The notes beneath the pieces were generated by a model. It saw only the letters and a program-made list of their open reading frames with translations, had not been told where the DNA came from and ran no database searches. Source: a virus. From it: DNA of 64,000 bases. This document shows positions 9,001 through 17,114 of this stretch, piece after piece (the stretch's first letter is position 1; every line of letters begins with the position of its first letter). The stretch lies in IMG/VR virus record IMGVR_UViG_3300020182_001907. One strand, 5' to 3'. Both the position numbers and the translations under genes were made by a program.

Positions 9001-11392
9001 GTATGCACTAGAAGATTTAACTTTCTTTTATCAGTGGGAGCGTATACAGGATGGCAAGTGGACCTCTTTTAGAAACGATCTAGGTGGTTCTGACTGGGTT
9101 AATAAGACATCTAGCGCTTATTATTTGGGGAGCGGTGACGAAGGGTTTTATTTTAATGACATAGGAGATACAACTGTTATCCATAATTGGGCAAACGGTA
9201 TAGACATACGACAGAGAATAATTATATATAATAATCGAGGAAAAATTATAGCAGACCAATACAGTAATGTGGTTACCATGAAAATTAATGTAAGCAACAC
9301 TGCAAGCTCTGTGGGAATCAACAGTATTAGTGTACAAAATGCTACAGAAGGTAGCACTACTTATACTCTAACAATTAACAGCAAAGGAATGATAGGAAAA
9401 GGAGTTCGTGTACAACTAACTAACAATAATTTCTATCACACATCAACAGATTTTTATACTTTAATAAAAAGAAATACTACAAATGTGCGCTTAAATGATC
9501 TTATTCCACAAAAATATTACAATACTGCGGCCACAGAAACTATAACTGTGACTGCTCCTGCTGGAACTGCTGCTGCTGGGTACGAAAGTAAATCTACAAC
9601 ATACACTATTGCGCAAGCGCCCATGGAGTTTGTGTTTGGAAAAGTTGATTATACTTCAGGCGGAAGCACTCTTGAGAAAGGGTTTGGTCAGAGCACTGCG
9701 ATAACAAGTGAAGAAGGCGGTGTGTTAAACTTCCGAGGCTTCTTTAATAACGTACCGCCAGGAGAAGACATTATATTAGAGTTCTACGCATTCACTGATG
9801 ATGGCTCACTTGTGCCTAACGCTAGCATAGTAAACTTAATAAGCGGTACTGATGGTTTAGGCAGTCTTGATAAACCTTATAAAACAGGAACAATAACATA
9901 TCCTTATGTTCCAGCAAATAGTTTGGTTAAAAGAAATCAATCATATCTAGCAAAAATGGAAGGATTAACTTTAAAATATGATCCTAGTTCCTTTGACACG
10001 TTTAAAGGAAATTGGCGAGTTACTACTACGCCGAATAGATTAGTAGACATCACTGGATCAATTAAAAGTGTTAACACTTTGCCTGTGCCATGGAGTCCAT
10101 CAGGACAAGATATCAATGTTATTGCTTCTGAAAATATAAAAGAAGATGGTACAACTGCTAATCCTGTACTACAAGGATACGTGTTTTTCTGGGGTATAAG
10201 TTCAGCGCCAGCAGGAACAACCATTTACTGGAGAATAAATTCTAGTAAAACTACTGCTGTAGCTGGTGTTAATTATGACGGTACACAAAATAACGCAACA
10301 CTGACCACAGATGCGAGTGGTGTCGCATTTCAAAATAAGCCAGGAGTTAGACAAGACGGTGACCCAACAGCTCCTTTGTTTTTCCCTGTAATTAATGACG
10401 GAACATACGCTGTAACAGATCCTGTGATAGCAGTAGACATGTCATTTTACAGTGATTTTAGAACGTCGTACACTGCATCAACTAAGATACTTAATGTTAA
10501 TCCAGCGCCAATACCTGCTCCCACTGTCAATTTAGCACAAGCGTATAGTACTGGAATATTATGGACTTATATCAATGTACAAAATTTTGCAGTAGGAGAT
10601 TATCCTACAGGAACAATACTTACATTTATAATAGACGATGATGGTACAATAAAGAACATAGCAGGGTCAAAAGGAACAATTACAACTGTAAGTACTTGGT
10701 TACCAGCAGGCGAAAGTGCTAGTGATTATGAATGGAAAGTATCATATAGACATAGTGATAGTGCTCTTGCCGACCAAACTGGTGCAATAATGTATGCATA
10801 TAATAATGGGTCTACTGGCAATGCTCAATCGTTTAATACTTGGTATAGTACTACTGGCTCTCAAATAATATTTTCCAGTGGTGCTCAAGGTGTTAACGCT
10901 GATCCTGCAACATCAGTCATGACTATTGAAGTGCGATCTAAGAGTAATAACGCAGTTAAAGATTCAGATTCAACCTCAATATATTGGCTACCGGGTAGTT
11001 ATACATTGCCAAGTGAGGATGTACCAGTAGAAGAACAACCAACTACACCAGCGACACCGCCACCGACACCAGTAATTAAATACTTCTTCTGGGAGCCAGC
11101 AACAATAGAAGTAGGTCAATCTAATACATTGTATTGGAGTGTATCTAACGCAACTTCAGTAGAAGTAACAGGTGACACTGGAACTTACAGGTTATCAGGA
11201 TCGGGTTCACGAGTAAATGGCCCGTACAAAAGTGCCGGCAACTTTAGTACAACACTAACAGCATACAAAGCAGGCGCAGTGCCGACTACCGCCACTGCCA
11301 CTGCCCCAATTACAGTAAAAGCCGTATCTTCTACACCACCGCCTGACCTTGACCCACGCAGAGGAGGCAGGCCCAGAATTTCTGAAAGATAG
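2..11392 (+). CDS. Giant multidomain virion/adhesin protein (5'-truncated): S8 subtilase, 8 Big_9/cadherin-like Ig repeats, LamG-like lectin, 6 Calx-beta-like repeats, 7-blade FG-GAP propeller and a long C-terminal region
   Basis: The frame is open from position 2, upstream of the called start at 398. It reads ...ISAGNN...SSTRGPAVNIFSPG...GGTSMAAPQVAG (subtilase oxyanion Asn and catalytic Ser motifs). It also has PxNGT..YTP..G.D.F.Y Ig repeats, WTVEW..WNKIA..MDNIRFT (LamG) and FG..VA......VGAP repeats. Confidence 0.85.
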   Translation, partial: RYKLPGSNTSANTDIDTIASAGIIVTISAGNNYYKNTLPGDVEYDNSVSWGAITRFYHRQGSPYSPDVFFVGSIDTDQILDGTYKDRVASSSTRGPAVNIFSPGDSIASATSTVNSYASLDVYNYIPDTNFRMVELGGTSMAAPQVAGIAALHLQANPNLTPAQIQDRIINDNSYNVMYSTGSDTDYTAFTSSLLGAAGNVVYSKYSIDVNESLSDITLSNPSLVTTNLNQPATINLRDLTSNVAVTNFREFTVTTTPTNGTVTLIDPSQGTVEYTPNNSYTGPDNFSFTLKNNLGNVSTNQSDVSVQVGSGQLVTVADDSFTTFGLETTVLDVLANDGINANVSTVVVDTSPSNGTASPNIDGTIDYTSSIRYGLDSFTYTVDSTTDVTSDISNVTVYINQRVAVSDFSFEASSPGTSTIPVLKNSTSYDPHFANVRAIYNFISPSLGTAASATGSTYLGNITPVGSSIEFVTTGGEHDLGSLYFGDKDFHTGASIDSTNLAASNFFTSPEWTVEWSFKISSSSVTGTQSMMCAKSVNNGPLRVFFNGTGLTCLVNSSSSIIRNFQGLTGWVYDDWNKIAIQRNNDSLAVFINGVLVRESSTGTSLNNISETDSIIYLGRDAFSTTTYKLNDCYMDNIRFTASARYDIADSYYPATQTFATSNSDLANVSTLTIAEQPTYGTAVLDLGNAAILYTADEGYVGADSFKYNVTSLNPTLSGNAIVTLEVSGIGTYDTMLVSPASVDEDGSTVTFTINTAFVLDGTTVGYTVGGTGITVDDISLGSLTGTINVNSNQGTLALQVLTDNLTEGAETLTLTLDATDSAGWATNSLSNVLLINDTSLSKIYDSLDVSPVSVDEDGSNVTFTVNTTNVTDATTIGYTISGTGITTNDISLGSLTGSITITANEGTLEFQVLADTFTEGPETLILTLDANDSFGTSTGSLSNTVTINDTSVTAGVYNTSTFNINSVNEDSDGDNTDVIFTVNTTAVLDGTTVGYTISGAGITVDDISLGSLTGNITINSNTGNVSFNVIADNLTEGNETLILTLDATDSAGWSTGGLSDTVLLVDTSVNDPIYDNVYFNLTNVDEDSSTQVVFTVDTSYVIDGTTIGYTVGGTGITVNDISLISLTGDFTIINNTDSIDFTVNTDSLTEGNETLTITLDAQDSVGTNTGSLANSIILNDTSQSPLPGTPTYNTVGFNFPTVNEDGTTIVIFTINTTDVVSGTTVPYTISGGGITTDDLNLNSLTGDIVIVQGNIGQLAFTVNQDFFTEGPEILTVTLGATDSNGDPTGSLSGQVTLIDTSKTPAYLSAAFDVDSITENGTDFAVFRVDTENVAVNTEIGYVITGVGSGDISVPLTGNIFINNTDYGILAFTATEDFTTDGNMTATVTLVAQDSFGTFTGGLSDSVIIIDTSKTPNTPPTATSVNTSTGESTTIIIDLSGNISDSGPFSGLTALNIVTPPDFGTANVTFSLPDAYITYTPNPGFYGTDIIAYNVTDNEDTDSNTAFVTIRVFQAPIAANNTVTMNQAEVETFDILSNDSPGEGALVPTLTVIETVPSNGTVINNLDGTITYTPFSQFFGLDTLTYNVTNSNNATSLTPGTVFITVNQADPPVAEDDEFIGLVNTAFNINVVSNDLTGNDPIDLNTLIITVPPVNGAAIYLNDGTITYTPNTGFIGVDTLSYTISDTVGRTSNPANVTITISGPDALLLHTVNNENAYGSSVGDNFGEVVAMSDRYSIVGAPNEDDDNGTSSGKAYIFNNTTGELLHTLVNPNPDNLSINDYFGSAVGITDNYAIVGSYGEDATTGVSPGRAYIYNAFTGLLLHTISDPSPPYEFNNFGQTVAITDNYFIVGDPTFTQGGASSGIVYVYDLATATLLHTIINPNLYYSGSGDRFGSAIAMTDTYFVVGAPGEDATVAPLGDTGIAYIYNTVTGAQLYTLENPANPGTQDLFGSSVAITNDYAVIGAPRATGDSLTYSGIQWGAAYIFNTSTGALLHTLDNPEESALPMFMGSSVAIDNVRTLVSVPDGNNQTGIVHVYDTATGSYLYAIVDPNADINSRFGNYVGLSDNYSIVTSPGSVLGGIEGAVYIFLTTVGINTAPISVNDSITTFENDTVIIDVLANDIDLENNIRPSTVRMTSTPLNGTAIVQQNGTIQYTPAFGYTGLDSFTYKVSDVYNLPASNATVSVDILQLPLAVNDSVTIEKNTIAEINLPSNDIGASIDPSSVTIISLPLNGIVQLDQPTGNVVYVPNTNWVGTDTFQYTIKNTFGNISTNIGTVTIIVEQPPGDGNIISIQGNQFDQFGTVVDKPVDVEEFSDKLAPVIDTDIQSFPVSFFYDNPTLLYSATSKPTYKWAGYNPSVYPRKKVTDRIPFKWSDMVGYQNYYLPFPDPVIKITNLGDVSGYTNDTESLIASSATISVDWQQSSWPIPPRPSPSQYQYTRSVTFTWYRDGVFLSRETKVNDSVFTVSSPPLLPLGDAKNYNIRLDVIAILYGPDDRVVPFKNDASFAHASSSKISNAAFKVSTYQPSASALTTSVLPIKPNSTGTQYVTVYRRFVDDTLISTIGNSVTFGSFKRGYIYPNFDSAPGRTPDNYVDYEWQRRIDPGKEWFAENLTDNTQFYWDAGSNDGLGGSQDLNGHQIRFRARARQELNDPDQTITGDWATTSPITVQYFTEYYVPIFSLGGVTSAIKGGEILAVFTPYNMGAGATTYYWRIVPLGAFANEFVTDSGSFSLDENLYYDGSRPIDHRQTITSLVNVGDTVDRTYSIEFFTNSGYTGDPIFADTLTTVSSVPAYNIQARWLGSNGKNYTGNIDKWEVYVREESVVDLFDIQIKNLPYKVGDIVYLQNDRIVGDGTSANDIYFRKNSNQAWAKYNSGTRVAVECYNVTVTDTDYIAHFAIQFKGEDDSPLGGSAANYELFNFTFYNAAVAGTALVDFTARIYDNVEFFFAITSELEASEVTYYTINNVLSQTGDGYVKWKSYDIASNTGNNDHYFLNPGTYALEDLTFFYQWERIQDGKWTSFRNDLGGSDWVNKTSSAYYLGSGDEGFYFNDIGDTTVIHNWANGIDIRQRIIIYNNRGKIIADQYSNVVTMKINVSNTASSVGINSISVQNATEGSTTYTLTINSKGMIGKGVRVQLTNNNFYHTSTDFYTLIKRNTTNVRLNDLIPQKYYNTAATETITVTAPAGTAAAGYESKSTTYTIAQAPMEFVFGKVDYTSGGSTLEKGFGQSTAITSEEGGVLNFRGFFNNVPPGEDIILEFYAFTDDGSLVPNASIVNLISGTDGLGSLDKPYKTGTITYPYVPANSLVKRNQSYLAKMEGLTLKYDPSSFDTFKGNWRVTTTPNRLVDITGSIKSVNTLPVPWSPSGQDINVIASENIKEDGTTANPVLQGYVFFWGISSAPAGTTIYWRINSSKTTAVAGVNYDGTQNNATLTTDASGVAFQNKPGVRQDGDPTAPLFFPVINDGTYAVTDPVIAVDMSFYSDFRTSYTASTKILNVNPAPIPAPTVNLAQAYSTGILWTYINVQNFAVGDYPTGTILTFIIDDDGTIKNIAGSKGTITTVSTWLPAGESASDYEWKVSYRHSDSALADQTGAIMYAYNNGSTGNAQSFNTWYSTTGSQIIFSSGAQGVNADPATSVMTIEVRSKSNNAVKDSDSTSIYWLPGSYTLPSEDVPVEEQPTTPATPPPTPVIKYFFWEPATIEVGQSNTLYWSVSNATSVEVTGDTGTYRLSGSGSRVNGPYKSAGNFSTTLTAYKAGAVPTTATATAPITVKAVSSTPPPDLDPRRGGRPRISER
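2201..4245 (+). repeat. Six tandem ~113-aa Calx-beta/cadherin-like repeats within the giant ORF
   Basis: Repeating SV(D/N)EDG..V.FT.NT..V.DGTT.GY..G.GIT..DI.L.SLTG...D..TEG.E.L..TL.A.DS....I.DTS, with visible nucleotide identity between copies. Confidence 0.85.
5123..6280 (+). repeat. Seven FG-GAP (integrin-alpha-like) beta-propeller repeats
   Basis: Seven units of LLHT..NP...FG..VA.(T/S)D.Y..VG.P.....G.(A/V)Y(I/V)(F/Y). Confidence 0.85.
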
Positions 11393-11427
11393 GATTTTAA
11401 AATTAAAACGTATTTTATAAAAAATGA

Positions 11428-11433
11428 TAAATA
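11428..11433 (+). promoter_or_regulatory. Putative phage late promoter (ATAAATA)
   Basis: GATAAATA in the intergenic gap ~30 nt before 11463. The same core recurs in other + strand gaps and resembles the T4 late promoter TATAAATA. Confidence 0.55.
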
Positions 11434-11462
11434 ACAAGTATATAAATTGAGGAATATTAACA

Positions 11463-13301
11463 ATGCCATATATAGTAACTAACAGTGATGGTAGCTCTAC
11501 AATAACAGTAGCAGATAGTACAGTCGACACTGGTACGTATTCCCTTGCCCTTATTGGACGTAATGTTGCAAATTATGGGCAATATTTTGCTCAAAATACA
11601 ATTAGACAATTAGAAAATTTTGCTAGTACTACTGCACCTAATCCTGGTACAACGCTAGAAGGACAACTTTGGTACAATAAAACTGAACAGCAATTAAGTG
11701 TATGGCAAGGATCTACTTGGAAAAGAATTGGAGTTGTAGTAGGATCAGATAACCAAAAGCCCACTCAGTTTAGAACATCCGGTACAAGTTTTTTCAATAC
11801 AACCACAGACAAACTGGAAATTTGGAATAACGGTTGGCAAGAAGCGGCATATGGTGGTACAGTTACAGATGAATTTTCTTCGGATAGTAGCATCCAAAGT
11901 CCAACTACATACGGAACAAGATTAAGAACATTATTTTTTAAGGAAGCATCAACAGACAACATGCTGCCTGTTTTAGCATTAGTATATACTAAAAGTCCAC
12001 AAATTAATCCAACTGATCCTACTAGTAATAGAGGTTCGACCGAGGTACCATCAGGTTCAGGTAATTACGAAACAATCATGGCGTTTTGGAGTGATTTTGA
12101 CTTCTATGTTAACAGTGGAGGTACTGATTCTCCAGTCAATGGCAGTATTGTAGACTATTACAACGAGTTAGTAGAAGTTGATTCAGGAATACTTGCTGCT
12201 AGAGCAGGTAGATCGACTGGGCAAGTATTTAAAGGTTTGAACCAACGTGCTGAATATGAAGGTTCTAGTATTGCTACATTTGACAGCGTTTTTATTACCA
12301 GCGCATTGGGCTCAGCTAGTTTACCGGTTCCAGAAGGATACTTTTCTAGTTTAACCATTGGATCAGATATTACTGTGCAAACACTGACTGTTAATAATGA
12401 CGGATCTGTAGGAGGACAACTTACTGTTACTGGCAATATTACTTCTACATCAGGTACTATTAATACAACAGACTTAGTTGTTACTAATTCTAGTATCTTA
12501 AACGGAACTACAACCATAAATGGCTCTATTGTAGTTAATGGCGTAAACAGCCAAACATTAGGAACTGTTACTGAAGTAATTGAAGACAGCTATTTTGGAA
12601 ACGTTACTGCTGCAAACGCAACCATTAATAATTTAACGGTTACCGGAGACGTTGTTGGTTTATCAGTAGCAGGATTGGAATCTAGTGGTGACGTGGTTAT
12701 ACAAACAGGTTCTACTCTTATTATTCAAGACACAATTCAAGGAAGCATAGCTAATGTAACAACTCTTGATGCAAGTACATCAGGAGCAACACATTATCTT
12801 ACTTTTGGGACAAGTGACCTCGACTCTACTGCCCAACCACTTAACACAGATAGCGGAATAAACTATGTACCTAACACTGGTACCTTAAGTGCAACTACAT
12901 TTTCTGGTACAGCAACCTCAGCTGAGTTTGCGGATTTAGCTGAAATATACTCAACGGATGCTGTATACTTACCTGGTACTGTTGTAACAATCGGCGGCGC
13001 TGCTGAAATAACATTGTGCACAGAAGATGCTAGCACAGATGTATTTGGAGTTGTGTCAACAGACCCAGCGTACTTAATGAACAGCAAAGCAGAAGGTGTA
13101 GCGGTTGCATTACAAGGTCGTGTACCAGTTAGAGTTATAGGTAGTTGTTCTAAAGGCGACAGATTGGTTAGCGCAGGTGAAGGTGTTGCTAGAACAATAG
13201 GAAATACACCATATGATCCACGTATGGTAATAGGTCGAGCACTGTCTGGCAAATCAAGTCAAGCAGAAGATTTTGTAGAAACAGTAGTAGGAGTTAAGTA
13301 A
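11463..13301 (+). CDS. Tail fibre/baseplate-associated protein with a C-terminal autocleaving intramolecular-chaperone-like (peptidase G2/S74-type) domain
   Basis: N-terminal LIGRN..NYG....N...LENFA...P...GQLWYN motif of myovirus fibre/baseplate proteins, T/G/N-rich beta repeats, and C-terminal A.FADLAEIY..D....PGTVV..GG..EIT...GVVST.PAYLMN...VAL.GRVPV. Confidence 0.7.
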   Translation: MPYIVTNSDGSSTITVADSTVDTGTYSLALIGRNVANYGQYFAQNTIRQLENFASTTAPNPGTTLEGQLWYNKTEQQLSVWQGSTWKRIGVVVGSDNQKPTQFRTSGTSFFNTTTDKLEIWNNGWQEAAYGGTVTDEFSSDSSIQSPTTYGTRLRTLFFKEASTDNMLPVLALVYTKSPQINPTDPTSNRGSTEVPSGSGNYETIMAFWSDFDFYVNSGGTDSPVNGSIVDYYNELVEVDSGILAARAGRSTGQVFKGLNQRAEYEGSSIATFDSVFITSALGSASLPVPEGYFSSLTIGSDITVQTLTVNNDGSVGGQLTVTGNITSTSGTINTTDLVVTNSSILNGTTTINGSIVVNGVNSQTLGTVTEVIEDSYFGNVTAANATINNLTVTGDVVGLSVAGLESSGDVVIQTGSTLIIQDTIQGSIANVTTLDASTSGATHYLTFGTSDLDSTAQPLNTDSGINYVPNTGTLSATTFSGTATSAEFADLAEIYSTDAVYLPGTVVTIGGAAEITLCTEDASTDVFGVVSTDPAYLMNSKAEGVAVALQGRVPVRVIGSCSKGDRLVSAGEGVARTIGNTPYDPRMVIGRALSGKSSQAEDFVETVVGVK

Positions 13302-14272
13302 TGGCATCAGGAGCAACTATCACAATTACAGGCGGCACAAATATGCGATTAGTTGTAGCCGGTGTAGACGGTGTTGAAGCCGACGACTATAACTTGCCTA
13401 GAGCAAATGTAAATGATTTATTATCATCCCCGCAAGATGTAACACTTGGTACATTTACATTAGCTAGTACTTTTGGATACAATCAAGGTGGTGCAAGTGT
13501 TAATCCAAACAGTCAAGGTTCAACAGTTCTTGCAGCAGGAAGTTCTAGAGGTCTTAAAGACTTGCAAGACGATGTACAGGCATTACAGGTATTTTTAAAT
13601 GAAACTAGTGAAACTGTTACTGATGTGGCAGCTGGAGATATTATTACAGCCGCGACTTTTAACAGCTTGATGTTAGCAGTAGAAGATTGTTGGAATGCTA
13701 GATTTAACCACACTCCTAGCGCAGCAGTTACTGATGCAACTGTACAAAGAACAACTGCATGGACTAATACTCTTACTTCTGTATTAACGTGGACTTTTGC
13801 CAGTGAAGCTGCTTGCAGAGCATTCTTCAACGGTGGCGGCGAACTAGGTTTTAGTGTAGGTAGAACTGGTGGCTCAGCGAGTGATCAAAATACAAGGTGG
13901 GACGAAACGTTTACAGCAGTTGGTGATATATTGTTAGACCACGAAACAACTCAAGCGGGTTCTGGAACAAATTCAAATATAGGATTTTATGAACTAACTA
14001 CTAGTCCTCAGCAGTTGCTTGAAAAATTTACTGCTACAGCTCCATACACTGCTGACGTACTTCGAGTTACAGCAAACGTAAACAGCACAACCAACCCAAC
14101 AGTTATTACAATGACACTGACTTTAACTGATGCAGGCGACAATATTATTGATGCCCAACCAGATGGAACACTGAGCATTAATGCACGTAGACGCCAGCCT
14201 GATGTTACTGGTACTGGTTTTAGTGCTTTTGCCACTCCAACTGACAGCTTAGGTGCAATAACTGGTTCATAA
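13301..14272 (+). CDS. Putative virion structural protein
   Basis: Coupled to the fibre gene (TAATG overlap). T/A/G-rich, with a F.S...R.FFN.GG motif seen in large-phage structural proteins. Confidence 0.55.
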   Translation: MASGATITITGGTNMRLVVAGVDGVEADDYNLPRANVNDLLSSPQDVTLGTFTLASTFGYNQGGASVNPNSQGSTVLAAGSSRGLKDLQDDVQALQVFLNETSETVTDVAAGDIITAATFNSLMLAVEDCWNARFNHTPSAAVTDATVQRTTAWTNTLTSVLTWTFASEAACRAFFNGGGELGFSVGRTGGSASDQNTRWDETFTAVGDILLDHETTQAGSGTNSNIGFYELTTSPQQLLEKFTATAPYTADVLRVTANVNSTTNPTVITMTLTLTDAGDNIIDAQPDGTLSINARRRQPDVTGTGFSAFATPTDSLGAITGS

Positions 14273-14297
14273 ACTTATATTTTAATTGATACTTGCT

Positions 14298-14305
14298 TAT
14301 AAATA
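14298..14305 (+). promoter_or_regulatory. Putative late promoter TATAAATA
   Basis: Exact T4-type late consensus in the gap upstream of 14337. Confidence 0.6.
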
Positions 14306-14336
14306 GTGATAACACACTTACATTACAGGTATCTTT

Positions 14337-14696
14337 ATGAGCGCAAAACTTTCAAAAGCATTAGAATTTGCTAATTATCGTGTTACTTTAAACAATCAAA
14401 AAGAAGCTCTGAGAGCTAAAGCACATTCTCTACTAAGTTACAGCATTAATGGCGGAACTTTTACCATAGACAGAACACTAATATCGTTTTGTAGAAATCT
14501 CATTGACGAACAGTTAGTTGAAGCTATACTGCTTGACGATTATAACAATCCTATTAAAATAGAAATTGTTGAATTTTACGAAGAAATTTTAAGCAGATAT
14601 AGCGAAACTACCAATGACTATTACGTAGAATACGAAAAAATAAAAAAGGCTAGAAGTGTAAACAAGGTAGTGGATATCAATGAAGATAATGTCTAA
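14337..14696 (+). CDS. Hypothetical phage protein
   Basis: 119-aa ORF, first gene after the late promoter, overlapping the next gene. Confidence 0.7.
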   Translation: MSAKLSKALEFANYRVTLNNQKEALRAKAHSLLSYSINGGTFTIDRTLISFCRNLIDEQLVEAILLDDYNNPIKIEIVEFYEEILSRYSETTNDYYVEYEKIKKARSVNKVVDINEDNV

Positions 14697-15594
14697 GACT
14701 AACACAATTGATCGAGGTATTATAATGTTCGCTCATAATAATACTGAAATAGATTATTTTCGTTTAGCAGTGGTAAATGCAACACTGATACAACGCTACT
14801 TAGGCTTAGAAAAACAAAATATTGCTGTGGTCACTGACTTACACTCTCTTGAACACGCCCAAAAACAATTGGGCAAAAGATTTATTAAAAACGCAATCGG
14901 GCATATAATTATAAACGAAAAAGATGTTAATTTTAAACATTCCAATGTCCGCACATACAAAGATACTAGTTTACATTCTAAACATTTAAGTTTTTATAAC
15001 AAAAACAGAAGTGATGCATACGATTTAAGTCCGTTCCAAGAAACCATACTAATAGATGCTGACTATCTTGTTTTAAGCGATTCTCTTAATCAGTGCTGGG
15101 GACATAATAACGAATTAATGATGAACTGGGAATATAAAGATGTATATAGTAGTAGAAAATATCCTTCGTTAACACGATTACATAACTTAGGAATTAGCAT
15201 GTATTGGGCTACTGTGGTGTATTTCCGCAAAACAGATTACTGCGAAACATTTTTCAATCTAGTCAAACAAGTCAGAGATAATAAAGACTACTATGGACAA
15301 CTGTTTAGAATTAATAATAAACTGTATAGAAACGATTTTAGTTTTAGTGTAGCAGCACATATATTAGGCGGATTCCAAGATAAAACATTGCCGCAGTTAC
15401 CTTTTCAGTTGTTCAAAACATTTGATACAGATGATGTTTATGAGGTGAACAGTGATTTAAGTTTAGTTCTTTGTTTAGAGAAACCAGATTCGCCTGGAGA
15501 TTTTATTGCCACTAAGTGGAAGGGAGTAGATGTGCACATAATGAACAAATGGGCGTTATCTAGGATATCAAACGGATTATTAGAATATGTCTAA
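14680..15594 (+). CDS. GT-A fold glycosyltransferase (GT8/nucleotide-diphospho-sugar transferase-like)
   Basis: SPFQETILIDADY (DxD), YWATVVYFRK, RNDFSFS and C-terminal HIMNK. Confidence 0.7.
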   Translation: MKIMSKTNTIDRGIIMFAHNNTEIDYFRLAVVNATLIQRYLGLEKQNIAVVTDLHSLEHAQKQLGKRFIKNAIGHIIINEKDVNFKHSNVRTYKDTSLHSKHLSFYNKNRSDAYDLSPFQETILIDADYLVLSDSLNQCWGHNNELMMNWEYKDVYSSRKYPSLTRLHNLGISMYWATVVYFRKTDYCETFFNLVKQVRDNKDYYGQLFRINNKLYRNDFSFSVAAHILGGFQDKTLPQLPFQLFKTFDTDDVYEVNSDLSLVLCLEKPDSPGDFIATKWKGVDVHIMNKWALSRISNGLLEYV

Positions 15595-16444
15595 AGGGTA
15601 TATTGTGATTGCTCAAAATAACGCCACTGTTGATTACTTACAACAGGCGTATGCCCTTGCATTAAATTTAAAGTTAACTCAGAGCGAAGTTAACAAGTTA
15701 ACTGTTTGTGTTGATAAGGCAACAAAACGATTAATAACAGATAAACACAGACAAGTATTTGATTGCATAGTAGATATTCCCTGGATCGATGATGCTGAAA
15801 ACAGTGATTGGAAAATACAAAACAAGTGGAAATATTATTACATGACACCTTACGATGAAACTGTAATATTAGATACAGACATGATATTTCCTGTAGATGT
15901 TAGTTTCTGGTGGGATGTACTCAGCGAACGAGACGTTTGGGCAAGTACTAGTGTGAGAAACTTTAAAAACGAAACTGTGACTAATGATTATTATCGAAAA
16001 GTGTTTACTAACAACCAGCTTCCTAACGTGTATACTGCATTTATGTATTTTAAAAAATCCGAAGTTGCCGGGGAGTTGTTTGGATTAGCAGAGATAATAT
16101 TCCAGCATTGGGAAAGATTTTTTTATCTTTATATACCTAATAATAAACCAGACAATGTTAGCGGCGATGTGGTTTTTGCACTAGCAATGAAACTGTTGGG
16201 CGTGGAAAACGAATGCACTAAGCCTAAACTAACTAATTTGCCTACATTTGTTCACATGAAAAGCAAATTACAGAATTCACCACAGTTAAACGATGAGTGG
16301 ACTGCTAGTTTACCAACCTATTATCATAGCTACAGAGATTTTAAAATAGGCAATTTCCAGCAACAGTTACCCTTCCATTATGTAAACAAAGAATGGATGA
16401 CACCTGCAAAGATTGCACAAATGGAAAACGATTATGACAGTTAA
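15587..16444 (+). CDS. GT-A fold glycosyltransferase (GT8-like), paralog of the preceding gene
   Basis: TPYDETVILDTDM (DxD), YTAFMYFKK, SGDVVFA, HMK and PFHYVNK. Confidence 0.7.
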   Translation: MSKGYIVIAQNNATVDYLQQAYALALNLKLTQSEVNKLTVCVDKATKRLITDKHRQVFDCIVDIPWIDDAENSDWKIQNKWKYYYMTPYDETVILDTDMIFPVDVSFWWDVLSERDVWASTSVRNFKNETVTNDYYRKVFTNNQLPNVYTAFMYFKKSEVAGELFGLAEIIFQHWERFFYLYIPNNKPDNVSGDVVFALAMKLLGVENECTKPKLTNLPTFVHMKSKLQNSPQLNDEWTASLPTYYHSYRDFKIGNFQQQLPFHYVNKEWMTPAKIAQMENDYDS

Positions 16445-17114
16445 TCAAGCTGCAATTGACCGTAAAAATAGATTTTTAGAAGAAAAAAAGTCTGTATCAT
16501 CTGTGAAAGAGTTAGTTAAGCATAAAGTTGAACAACCTTTTACTTTGTGGTTCAATAGTGAAGGTGATATATTATCGTTTTCGCAAAATGAAATAGCACC
16601 GAGGAACGGATGGTACACATATGATTTTGAACCAGAACAGCTATCAGTGTTATACAACGGAACACATAATTATATAGTTGTAAAAGATCAATTAGTTGAA
16701 AACAAATATTCTATACAACGAAAAGTTTTAGAGGAACAGCTAATTTCTAAAGAGGAATATTTCTTACATGAAGTTCCTTTTGTTCGCGTATCACCTAGAG
16801 GGATAAGACTAGAATTAACAAAAAATCATTTAAAAATTGCTCTCGACACTAACATTAAACAATTATACGAAGGCATTAGTCCAGTTAAAGCAACTGCAAA
16901 ATCGCAACGTACATTTGAATTTTATATAACTAAAACTGGCGATCCGCATATACTTTACGATCAAGGATCTGTGTACTTTAGTCAGTTATTAACTAGCGAC
17001 GTAGTTAAGATTAAATTAAATAAACAACTGCCAAAAGAAGTAAGTATATATACTAAAAAACTTTTTGAAAGTAAATATCGTTACAGTGTTACAGACAAAA
17101 GGAAAACGAATTAA
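16434..17114 (+). CDS. Hypothetical protein
   Basis: ORF coupled to both neighbours; no recognisable motif. Confidence 0.65.
   Translation: MTVNQAAIDRKNRFLEEKKSVSSVKELVKHKVEQPFTLWFNSEGDILSFSQNEIAPRNGWYTYDFEPEQLSVLYNGTHNYIVVKDQLVENKYSIQRKVLEEQLISKEEYFLHEVPFVRVSPRGIRLELTKNHLKIALDTNIKQLYEGISPVKATAKSQRTFEFYITKTGDPHILYDQGSVYFSQLLTSDVVKIKLNKQLPKEVSIYTKKLFESKYRYSVTDKRKTN

Noticed and set aside
559-14235. Many 60-130-aa minus-strand ORFs antisense to the structural genes (V/S/L/P-rich)
   Set aside because: Shadow ORFs produced by the Thr/Asn/Asp/Gly codon bias of the sense genes; no RBS or motifs.
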